Assembly (NCBI GenBank): GCA_040770465.1
Contig: JAXGJB010000003.1
Coordinates: 32,001 to 96,000 of the forward strand
DNA length: 64,000 nucleotides
From: Methanothrix sp.
GTDB taxonomy: Archaea; Halobacteriota; Methanosarcinia; Methanotrichales; Methanotrichaceae
Direction of reading: 5' to 3'
Below are positions 53,401 through 61,139 of the stretch, one piece after another; position 1 is the stretch's first letter, and every line of letters starts with the position of its first letter. The notes under the pieces were generated by a model. It was not told the DNA's origin, did not search any database, and was given only the letters and a program-made list of their open reading frames with translations. The translations under genes and the position numbers were made by a program.

Positions 53401-54339
53401 ATTCCAAGCATTAACATATTCAGGATCGAGACGGATAGCCTCATCGTAGCATTCGATGGCTTCGGTGTAGTTTCCCAACGAGTATAGAGCCCTGCCTTTG
53501 TTATTCCATGCATCTACATATTCAGGATCCAGCTTGATGGCCTCATCATAGCACAGAATAGCCTCGTCGTAGTTGCCCAGGTTATAGAAAGCCAGGCCTT
53601 TGTTGTACCAGATCCACGCAAATTCGGGAGCAAGCTCGATGGCCACATCGTAGCATCTGATGGCTTCTGTGTAGTTGCCCAGGTAGTCGAGAGCACTTCC
53701 TTTCCCATTCCAGGCATAGGCGTACTCGGGATCGATCCCGATGGCCTCGTCATATGCCTGTATCGCCTCGGTGTAGTTGCCCATATGAGACAGTGCTAAT
53801 CCCTTCCCATTCCATGGAGTTGCCCATTCTGGATCTAATCTTATGGCTTCATCGTAAGCTTCGATAGCTTCAGTATAATTGCCCAAATCAGCAAGTGCAA
53901 AACCCTTGTTATTCCATGGAGCTGCCAACTCCGGATCTAGCCTGATGGCCTCATCGTAACATCTGATGGCTTCTGTGTAGTTTCCCAGATCTGCCAGAGC
54001 CAGGCCTTTGTTGTTCCAGGGCCACGCGAATTCTGGAGCAAGCTCGATGGCCTCGTCGTAACATCTTATGGCCTCATCGTACTTTCCCTGGGTGTACAGC
54101 TCCCACCCCTTCTCGTTCCAATCCGCTGCCAGAACAAACTCGGGATTCTGTGAGGTGACTTCTCCGTAGGTCTTCATGACTTCAGCGAATTCGCTCATCT
54201 CATCAGGTGAAATTGCTTCAGCGAATTCGCTCATGTCATAGGGTGGAATGGTTTCGTAGAACAGCTCCTCTCCGGTCTGCTGACCATGCACTGATCCCAT
54301 GATGATCAAAAGGACCGCAGGAACGAGAATTAGCTTCAT
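50461..54339 (-). CDS. Secreted TPR-array protein (about 35 repeats of 34 aa)
   Basis: Signal peptide MKLILVPAVLLIIMGSVHG; consensus AWNNKGxALxxLGNYTEAIxxYDEAIRLDPE with 102-bp periodicity. Confidence 0.95.
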   Translation of the reverse strand: MKLILVPAVLLIIMGSVHGQQTGEELFYETIPPYDMSEFAEAISPDEMSEFAEVMKTYGEVTSQNPEFVLAADWNEKGWELYTQGKYDEAIRCYDEAIELAPEFAWPWNNKGLALADLGNYTEAIRCYDEAIRLDPELAAPWNNKGFALADLGNYTEAIEAYDEAIRLDPEWATPWNGKGLALSHMGNYTEAIQAYDEAIGIDPEYAYAWNGKGSALDYLGNYTEAIRCYDVAIELAPEFAWIWYNKGLAFYNLGNYDEAILCYDEAIKLDPEYVDAWNNKGRALYSLGNYTEAIECYDEAIRLDPEYVNAWNNKGLALADQENYTEAIQVYDEAIRINPEYVHAWNNKGDALDDLGNYTEAIKCYDEAIRIDPEYVHAWNGKGNALYGQRNYTGAILCYDEAIRLDPEFVHPWNNKGLALRNLGNYSEAIACYNETIRIDPEYAHAWNGKGSALDYLGNYTEAIRCYDVAIKLDPEYVNAWNNKGLALYSLENYTESIKAYDEAIRIDPEDAEVWHNKGKALIMQGKYDEAIQAFDEATRLDPEYAEAWNRKGIALYGQGRYDEAIQACDEAIRLDPEYASPWFGKGAALIMQGKYDEAIQAFDEAIRLDPEFVIAWYDKGIALYNQGKYDEAIQAYDEAIRLDPESAMAWTGKGWALYSLENYTEAIRAYDEAIRIDPEYANAWMSKGIALHEQGNYSEAIQAFDESLRLDPEYSTAWNNKGDVLDDLGNYTEAIQCYNEAIRLDPEWATPWKNKGFALADLGNYTEAIEAYNQAIWLDPEWATPWNGKGLALSHIGNYTDSIKAYDEAIRLDPEWANPWNNKGFVLADLGNYTEAIEACDEAIRLDPEWATPWNGKGLALSRMGNYTEAIQAYDEAIRLDPDWANPWNNKGDVLYDLENFTEAIQCYDQAIRIDPDWAAPWNNKGWGLYSLGNNTGAMRCFDEAIRLDPVWANPWNGKGLVLADKGDYSGAIQAYDEAIRLDPEFTWAWNNKGLALKNLGKYDEAAKAYDEAIRLDAEDADVWSNKGNALSHLGNYTEAIQAYDEAIELDPDNADIWYNKGCTLLDGGNFTEAIQAFNEAIRLDPEDADFWNNKGVALEYQGNYYAAIHAYEEAIRLDHEYRRAWNNKGLTSLLAGNYSESIDAYDNAIDQDPKDEDVWRDKGDAFYALGEYDDALASYNECIELNQSDPDAWHCKYFSLQALGRHSEASEALNKSRELGLSDAEALNDEGWMLYLSGNYTGALELYERALELDPELSDAWINKGIALRALGRDSEADEAIVTGVRLRD

Positions 54340-54634
54340 AGATCTAAGAGCGTTCTGCGAGGATAAAAATTTATGGATGATATGTGCAGGGCCGCGTATT
54401 CACCATCCTCACCGATTGAAGATGATCACCCCTAATAATCTTGGCCCACCGAATTGCAGCCTTTGTGATGTCGATCCGCCAAGGGGCTTTCGCCAGCGAC
54501 CTGGAGTTTATTCTGTTCTTGGGGATATCGTGAGCGAGAGCGTCTGATTACAAGGTTGGAAAGTTAAGTATATACCCCTTCGGAGCCGAAAAGACCTGGG
54601 GAAGACTGAAGATGTTCAGGATGGAGGACGAGAT

Positions 54635-55900
54635 ATGACCGGCCCTTTCGATCGCTTATTTGAGGCTCTCATGACCGCCGCCGAGAGGGCGGACGATCTC
54701 TTCGGCAGGAGGCGGTCGAGGACTGGCTTGCTGGTGTTTCTGGCGCTTCTGGCGGCCTTGCTTTTGATATACGCTCTGTCGCCGGGTCCCGGGGTCCCAA
54801 TGACCCCCTGCCCCCCGGACAACATCACCGGGATCGGGCTATCGCCTTCCCTCTGGTGGGTCGGCAGCGGCGCCCGAACGCCTCCCATCTCAAAGGTGGG
54901 GCTCGACCCCAACTCGGAGATCAGCTACCAGGTCCTCTTGGGGGCAGCGGGCGAGGAGATGCAGGCGGTGGGGACGGTCCGCGGTGGCGGCGGAGGGTCC
55001 GAGAACTTGTTCGTCAATACGACGGCGCCCCTCGCCCCCGGAACCGTCTACCGCTGGCAGGTGGTGGCCGAGAACGCCATAGGAAAGAGGGCAGAGGGCG
55101 ATGTCTGGACCTTCAGCACCCGGTCCCTCCCCGAGATCGAGAGCTTCGAAGCCGACAGGTCGGCCGTGGATCTGGGCGAGCCGGTAACCCTCCGATGGTC
55201 CGTCGCCAACGCGGGCGAGGCGGAGATCGAGCCGGGGGTCGGAGCCGTCCCCCTCCAGGGCGAGATGAGTTTGGCGCCACAGGAGAACGTCACCTACACC
55301 CTCACCGCCACGAACTTCGCCGGGACGGAGCAGGCAACCGTCGAGGTTGTGGTCTTCAAGCCCCTTCTCATCGACTCGATGGCCGGGGGCTGGAGCACTA
55401 TCGAGGACAGGGGGGGATCAGTGGTCAGGGTGATGGAATCTGTTCTCGGGGTCGAGGACAACGCCACCAGGATATCCTACGACTTAGTTCCGAATGGATG
55501 GGTCGGGATCACCAAGTCCTTCTCGGCCATCGATGGGAACGGGAGCCTCAACCTAGCCGGGACCGACGGGATCTCCTTCTTCGCCCGGGGGGGCGGCGCC
55601 GCCATCGCCCTGGAGCTCCGGCTGGAGGACTCGAGCGGGACGATCAGCAAATTCACCTGGGCTGAGATGACCGCCTCTTCGGACTGGAAGAAGCTGGAGG
55701 CGGGATACCAGGAGTTCGGGTGCAAGGCGGCCGATGGGAGCGGATGTGGAGAAAGAGCCTTCGACCTCGGCAACGTGACCTCTGTCATCGTCATCATCTC
55801 CGACCGGGAGAGGCGCGAGTTTGGAAGCTCCGGCTGGTTCTCCATAGACGACCTGCAGGCCTTCCACCAGCGGGACGGCGAATCCGGAGCAGAAGGATGA
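54635..55900 (+). CDS. Membrane-anchored protein with Fn3/Ig-like domains and a CBM11/CIA30-like domain
   Basis: N-terminal transmembrane helix; LAPGTVYRWQVVA...VWTFST; TYTLTATN; NLAGTDGISFFARG...FSIDDL. Confidence 0.7.
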   Translation: MTGPFDRLFEALMTAAERADDLFGRRRSRTGLLVFLALLAALLLIYALSPGPGVPMTPCPPDNITGIGLSPSLWWVGSGARTPPISKVGLDPNSEISYQVLLGAAGEEMQAVGTVRGGGGGSENLFVNTTAPLAPGTVYRWQVVAENAIGKRAEGDVWTFSTRSLPEIESFEADRSAVDLGEPVTLRWSVANAGEAEIEPGVGAVPLQGEMSLAPQENVTYTLTATNFAGTEQATVEVVVFKPLLIDSMAGGWSTIEDRGGSVVRVMESVLGVEDNATRISYDLVPNGWVGITKSFSAIDGNGSLNLAGTDGISFFARGGGAAIALELRLEDSSGTISKFTWAEMTASSDWKKLEAGYQEFGCKAADGSGCGERAFDLGNVTSVIVIISDRERREFGSSGWFSIDDLQAFHQRDGESGAEG

Positions 55901-55956
55901 GATAGCTGAAGTGGCGTTGAGGCGGTGCTGAGGAGGCCTCGCCTCTCTTTTCTCCG

Positions 55957-56517
55957 CTATTCCCTCTGCTCCTCCTTCCCGTCTGCCGATCCCTCCGCCA
56001 GGGACTCGGCAAATTTGAAGTAGCCGCAGACGGGCTTACCCAGAAGGACGATCCTGGCCCGGATCTCTTCTCCCTCGACCTCGATCTCCGCCGCCGCCGG
56101 TGGCGAGAGGCGGGGCTCGGTGGGGCTTCCCGGAGAGACGAGGAGGTGTGGACCCTCCTCCACCAGGGGCCGGTGAATGTGGCCGAAGACCAGGGCGTCC
56201 ACCTCCATCTCTCTTGCCAAAAAGTCGGCTCCGGTGAGGTCGCGAGAGTGGGCGGCCCGGTGGACGAGGCCGATTCTCATCCCCTCCACCTCGACGATCC
56301 TCCTCTCGGGAAGAGCGGCCTTCAACACTGGTTGGTCGGAGTTGCCACAGACCGCCTCTACGGGGGCGAGGTCAGAGAAGGCCTCGTAGACCTCGAGGCT
56401 GACGAAGTCTCCGGCGTGAAGGAGGAGGTCGGCTCCCTCCACTAGATCGATCAGGTTCGCAGGGATCTCAGATCCGAACTCGAGATGAGTGTCGGAGATG
56501 GCGACGATCCGTCTCAT
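55957..56517 (-). CDS. Metallophosphoesterase (YfcE/MJ0936 family)
   Basis: ISDTH, HAGD, VCGNSD, VFGHIH, PGSPT. Confidence 0.9.
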   Translation of the reverse strand: MRRIVAISDTHLEFGSEIPANLIDLVEGADLLLHAGDFVSLEVYEAFSDLAPVEAVCGNSDQPVLKAALPERRIVEVEGMRIGLVHRAAHSRDLTGADFLAREMEVDALVFGHIHRPLVEEGPHLLVSPGSPTEPRLSPPAAAEIEVEGEEIRARIVLLGKPVCGYFKFAESLAEGSADGKEEQRE

Positions 56518-57707
56518 GCGTGAAGCCTTTTCATCCCCGCTTCTTCGATCCCCAGAAACTCGGCTCCGACGGCGACGACGCTGTTGGTGAATATCGATGC
56601 GTTGATCTCGAATATCGGGTACCGATACATGCTGTATTCAGAGACGAGCCAGCTTGTGGTCCTCCGGCTCCCGCATATCTGGTCCATATACTCTTCGGCG
56701 ACCGGAACGAAGGCGATCTCCTCATCGCGCCCCTTCTCCGCCATCAGCTCCACCAGCTCCGACGATGGGTTTGTGGTTATCGGCAGAACGTCCGCCCCTC
56801 TCTTGAAGGCGCTTTTCACCCCTTCCAGGCACTCGTAGGTGTTCCCGCTCCCGGTTATCGGCACGTAGACGTCGCCTATCTGAAAGCTGGGGGTGTTGAA
56901 GTCCCTCTCCCAGTAGCTCGTCTTGTTGAGGTGGGTGAACCTCATCTCGAAGGCCCTGGCCACAAGCCCCGACCTGCCCACGCCGCCTATGATGTACCTC
57001 CCGCTCCGGGGAAAGAGCCTCTCAAACCATCGGGATAGCCTCTCCTCATCATCCACATGGGAGATGAGCCTGCACTGGCCTGCAAAATCCCTTATGGTGG
57101 AGAGGTAGCTCTCACAGGAGTCGTTTCTCTCGCCATCGATCCTCCCCTGGATCTCCTTGAAGACCGCGTTCAGAAAGGCGAGGACCTCAAGCTCGAACTC
57201 GGTTCCCATGGGCGAGAGCTTGGAGGTCCTTGTCACGTCCTCGTCGTACTTCGTCTTCCCCTTGATCACCAGGACCGACCCGTTCTCGTAGCTCTCCACA
57301 AGCCGGTGGGCAGTCCCCTCCTCGTTGGCGGTGATCAGCCTGATCTCCCCGCCCTGGTCTATTATGTCCTCGATGTACTTGTTCACCGCTGGGGTCTCGC
57401 CTGACCCCGAGACCGCGATCCCCATGTTCCTCCTGGTATTCCGGAAGTGTTTCTGGACCGGATCCTCCATGGTGCAGGGGAAGGCGTTGAAGTGGTTGTA
57501 AAGGAGCTGGAGAAAGCTGTAGAGGGAGAGGGCGCTCCTCCCGGCCGCGAGGCCGTAGACGAAGTTATTCTCGTCCTTCGGCCTCAAAAACGACGCCAGC
57601 GAGTCGGCGAAGGCGTTTACGCTCTCCAGGTCGAGCTTGCCCAGCTTCTCTATAAACGAGCACTGGAGGGCGGTTGCATCTTTGTAAGTGTCGATCAGAC
57701 CTGCCAT
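56514..57707 (-). CDS. Tandem SIS-domain protein, 6-phospho-3-hexuloisomerase (Phi/HxlB)-like
   Basis: Two units: AGRSAL...AVSGSGET...PMGTEFE and GVGRSGLVARAFEMRFTHL...ITGSGNT...FE...MKRLHA. Confidence 0.78.
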   Translation of the reverse strand: MAGLIDTYKDATALQCSFIEKLGKLDLESVNAFADSLASFLRPKDENNFVYGLAAGRSALSLYSFLQLLYNHFNAFPCTMEDPVQKHFRNTRRNMGIAVSGSGETPAVNKYIEDIIDQGGEIRLITANEEGTAHRLVESYENGSVLVIKGKTKYDEDVTRTSKLSPMGTEFELEVLAFLNAVFKEIQGRIDGERNDSCESYLSTIRDFAGQCRLISHVDDEERLSRWFERLFPRSGRYIIGGVGRSGLVARAFEMRFTHLNKTSYWERDFNTPSFQIGDVYVPITGSGNTYECLEGVKSAFKRGADVLPITTNPSSELVELMAEKGRDEEIAFVPVAEEYMDQICGSRRTTSWLVSEYSMYRYPIFEINASIFTNSVVAVGAEFLGIEEAGMKRLHA

Positions 57708-57809
57708 ACAAGAGAAAAAGTCAGGAGAGGGGAAGATAATAAGCCTTTGCCCAAACCTTCGCCTGAGCGAAAGCCCCACCAGATCTCTGGGCCCTTCCTC
57801 TCGTTCCTC

Positions 57810-58880
57810 TCAGCTAATGATCTCCGATAATCTCCCCTGGTCTCTTGCGAGGTCGATCTCCTGGGCGATCCGCTTGCCGTTGGAGAGGTCCTTCTCGATC
57901 AGGTCGGAGTAGGGGGAGCCGCTGATGAAGACGTTGGTTCCGGCGACGATCCGCGCCGAGATCTCGAAGACCTTGAACTTCAGGTCGTCGGTGACGATCG
58001 TCTCAAGACAGAAGGGGCCTATCATCCCGCCGAATAGATCGAGTGAGGCCTCGACGACCCTCTCCCCCAGCTCGAAGGCTTTCGGGAGGAGCGATTCCCT
58101 CAGGACGAGGGGGATGTTTCCGGTGACGACGAAGCTCGGGAATATCCCGGCAGCTTCCAGCTCGTCCATCGAGCCTATCCTGAATATCTCGTCGGCGTTG
58201 CTCTCGACCCTCCGGTCTATCCCCAGCATCTCCAGGGTCCCCTTGCTGAGGGTGTACCCGGCGGACCGGATGGGCGAGTAGAAGTAGTGGATGTAGTAAC
58301 GTGTTCCCAGGATGAACTCCTGGATGGTGTGCTTTTGGGTGGCGTCTACCTTGCTCAGGTATTCGCCCTTGCTCTTGGATATGAAAAAGCCCTTCCCACC
58401 CTTGGCGCCGTGATACTTGACGATAACGGGGCGGTCGATCTCCTCGGGGGTCGCAAACCTCCGCGGAAGGTCGATTCCGGCCTTGAGGAGCCATTCCCTC
58501 TCCATCTCCCGGTCGCTCTCCCAGGCGAGGGACCTCCGGTTCCCGAAGGTCGGAACCGGCATGTTCTCGAACTTCTCGGCTCCCAGGTACTCCACCAGCG
58601 AGCCGTGAGGTACCACTATGGCGTTCTCCTCCACGAGCCGGTCGCTCTCCTCGAGGAGGGCGGCGTAGCTGTCCAGGCTCAGGAAGGCGTCGGGCTTGGC
58701 CAGGGGGAAGGCGTCGTAGAACTTCGGCGGCCGGCCCAGGCATATTCCCAGGGTCTTGAACCCCTCCTTCCGAGCCCCATGAAATATCTGGAGGCTGCTA
58801 TGAGAACATACTGTGGCAATAGTTAACTCTTTTAACTCATAGTCATCCAAAATTTCTTGTATTTTGCTCTTATCTATCAT
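57810..58880 (-). CDS. purP: Formate--phosphoribosylaminoimidazolecarboxamide ligase
   Basis: IATVCSHSSLQI, VPHGS, GAKGGKG, IDRRVESN, GNIPLVLRESLL, GPFCLE, FEISARIVAGTN. Confidence 0.95.
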   Translation of the reverse strand: MIDKSKIQEILDDYELKELTIATVCSHSSLQIFHGARKEGFKTLGICLGRPPKFYDAFPLAKPDAFLSLDSYAALLEESDRLVEENAIVVPHGSLVEYLGAEKFENMPVPTFGNRRSLAWESDREMEREWLLKAGIDLPRRFATPEEIDRPVIVKYHGAKGGKGFFISKSKGEYLSKVDATQKHTIQEFILGTRYYIHYFYSPIRSAGYTLSKGTLEMLGIDRRVESNADEIFRIGSMDELEAAGIFPSFVVTGNIPLVLRESLLPKAFELGERVVEASLDLFGGMIGPFCLETIVTDDLKFKVFEISARIVAGTNVFISGSPYSDLIEKDLSNGKRIAQEIDLARDQGRLSEIIS

Positions 58881-59129
58881 ATCTACAACCTTTGGAACGG
58901 AATGACATGAGCCAGGTATACATAAGTCCTTCGATCGGTCCGATGTCTATGATGAAAGATGGTGATCTATTGACTCCACTATTAACTCCGCTATCCAGAA
59001 AAAAACCGTTGGTGAGCAATGCTTCAATAAAAAATGCAGTATGCTGATTATATTCGCCACCCCGAAGGGCGGGGATACATCCAGCCGCGTATAGAATAAG
59101 TTAAAATATCTTCGAATAGACTTAACATC

Positions 59130-59666
59130 ATGCGCGCTTCTTTCAGGAGAGATACTGCGGAGACGAAGGTCGAAGTCTCCCTGGACCTGGAGGGGTCTGG
59201 GAGCATCACTGTCGAGACTGGAGTTTCCCTCCTCGACGAGATCCTCAAGATCCTCGCCACAGCATCGGGATTTGACTTGGAGGTCAGGGCGGATGGAGAC
59301 ATTGCCACGGGGGACCACCACACCGTCGAGGACGTGGCCATCGTCCTCGGTCAGGTCCTGGCCAAGCTGATCGATGCTGGAATAGGAAGTTCCCAAGTTC
59401 CCTCCGGAGATGCCCTGGCCTTCGCTGCCGTGCGGTTTGGATCACCGGGATACCGGGAGGAGGTTGAGCTTTCCGGCCATCTCCTGGAGGGTATGGAGCT
59501 TCAGAACTTCGGCCACTTCATGAGAACCCTCGCCTACAACGGGAGGTTCACCCTCCATCTCAAGGCTTCGGGAAGCGATGATTGGCAGAAGGTCGAGGCT
59601 CTCTCCCTTTCTCTGGGCAGGGCGTTGAGGAGGGCGGCGGCTGACGGCAGGGGGGTTGACGGCTGA
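59130..59666 (+). CDS. Imidazoleglycerol-phosphate dehydratase (HisB)-like protein, degenerate
   Basis: RDTAETKV, GD...DHHTVEDVAIVLG, TLHL and LGRALRRA retained; second HHxxE motif replaced by WQKVE. Confidence 0.8.
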   Translation: MRASFRRDTAETKVEVSLDLEGSGSITVETGVSLLDEILKILATASGFDLEVRADGDIATGDHHTVEDVAIVLGQVLAKLIDAGIGSSQVPSGDALAFAAVRFGSPGYREEVELSGHLLEGMELQNFGHFMRTLAYNGRFTLHLKASGSDDWQKVEALSLSLGRALRRAAADGRGVDG

Positions 59667-59753
59667 GAGATCCGTGAGGGTTTCGTCAATCTGAAAATGG
59701 CTATCTGGATTTGAAGATGAAACTTAGATGGAACTTCAGAGTTCACCGTCGCC

Positions 59754-60251
59754 TCAGGACCTGCAGGAGCCGCTCTGGGTGGGCTCGATGAAGATCTCTG
59801 ATGTCGCGATGGCGTTGCCGCCTCGGGCGGTGTTGATGGATATGACGATTATGTTTCTGACATCTATATCCATGTAGTTCAAGTCGGTGGGCGCGGATCG
59901 GAACTGGCCGTCGCCCCTGACAGTGCTTCCTCTGTCGGTGTTGATGGCCACGACGCCCTGGAAGGTCTCATCATCGTCGGGATCATCGAATAAGGAGAAT
60001 CCCGTCAGATCGGTGATGGAAGCGCCAAACGTGCTGTTTTCGGTCAGGTCCTCAGGGTTGAATAAGTCGAAGTTCAAAGTCCCTTGCTTGGAAAAATTAT
60101 CTTGAAAATTCCTGAACTGGCTGAAGGACTCCGGGCGGCAGGGCTCCGCTGTATTGGGGAGATCTCCCTCCCATACGACGGCGCCGGCAGCGCCAAAAAT
60201 GAGTAGAATGCCCATCAGCGCAAGGCCGACGGGCTTCCAGTTTCTATCCAT
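59754..60251 (-). CDS. Secreted hypothetical protein with a C-terminal beta-rich repeat-like unit
   Basis: Signal-like N-terminus; C-terminal NYMDIDVRNIIVISINTARGGNAIATSEIFIEPTQ; 13 bp downstream of the next gene. Confidence 0.7.
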   Translation of the reverse strand: MDRNWKPVGLALMGILLIFGAAGAVVWEGDLPNTAEPCRPESFSQFRNFQDNFSKQGTLNFDLFNPEDLTENSTFGASITDLTGFSLFDDPDDDETFQGVVAINTDRGSTVRGDGQFRSAPTDLNYMDIDVRNIIVISINTARGGNAIATSEIFIEPTQSGSCRS

Positions 60252-60264
60252 GATGTTCCTAGGC

Positions 60265-60738
60265 TCAACAGCTGCAGGGAGTCTGGCTCGTCTTGATGTT
60301 CACCTGGTTGTTGGCGACTCCCGCCCCAACGGCGCGAGCGACCTGGTTTCCGGACTGGATGATCTCGATGTTCGCAACCTGAGTGCTTGCAAGATCGTTG
60401 TCCTTTCTGTCACCACTTCCGCCATCTTTCAAAAGCTGAGTCTGACCGATCCCCTTGTCAAATAAGGCCCCAGCAACCTGATTCTTCTCAAGGTTGAAGG
60501 CGTTCGTTGCTATCGGGTTCGCTTTCGCAAATCCGAAGGTCCATGCCTCCTGGTTGCCCTGCTTGACGAAGTCGAAGTTGATGTTGGCGGGGAACTCGCC
60601 AAAGGTCATTGCTCCATCGACGGAGTTCAGGGTTGCGTCCTCACAACAAGGGTCACAACACTGTCCACAGTCTCCAGCCATCGCCGGAGCGGCAAAAAAT
60701 GCCGCAACCAACACTAATAGCGCTGCAAATTTCTTTAT
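60265..60738 (-). CDS. Secreted Cys/Asn/Gln-rich two-repeat protein (candidate sheath/amyloid MspA-like)
   Basis: Signal peptide (I)KKFAALLVLVAAFFAAPAMA starting at ATA 60738 after GGGGTGA; CGQCCDPCC; two GNQ-x-A repeats; PCSC C-terminus. Confidence 0.7.
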   Translation of the reverse strand: MKKFAALLVLVAAFFAAPAMAGDCGQCCDPCCEDATLNSVDGAMTFGEFPANINFDFVKQGNQEAWTFGFAKANPIATNAFNLEKNQVAGALFDKGIGQTQLLKDGGSGDRKDNDLASTQVANIEIIQSGNQVARAVGAGVANNQVNIKTSQTPCSC

Positions 60739-61097
60739 GGTCTCACCCCTTCATTGCGTGTTAACCATATTTAGGTATCGGTCATATTTGTATTTTTTGG
60801 TACACGTATTCGGAATTTGGTAGCCTCGAATCTCTTGATGATATCCGCTTGCAACAGCTGATCTCATCCATATCCGCCCGTCCATATTCGACCGGTGACA
60901 GAGGCGACGACTCGGAATCGATCCCCTGACCTGGTCCTCCCCAGATCAGATCCCTTCGAGAAATCCGGCCGCATATGTGATGGGGAAACCGGCACCACGC
61001 GTGATGGGGAGAGGAGACTCGTGATCGATGGGCTATGATGAAAATAACCGCCCGCCCGGAACCGCAGCTTCACCTGCGTCTTTGGGCGGGCATCTAA

Positions 61098-61131
61098 CAG
61101 CAACTCGGTAGGAGCAGCAACTCGGTAGGAG
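61098..61131. repeat. Perfect 17-bp tandem duplication
   Basis: CAGCAACTCGGTAGGAG x2 just downstream of vorA. Confidence 0.9.
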
Positions 61132-61139
61132 CTTTCAGC

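Noticed and set aside
50461-54339. TPR repeats or the 60-bp repeats at 34821 as a CRISPR array or DGR template/variable region
   Set aside because: They are in-frame coding repeats without unique spacers; no cas or reverse transcriptase genes and no adenine-specific mismatch pattern seen
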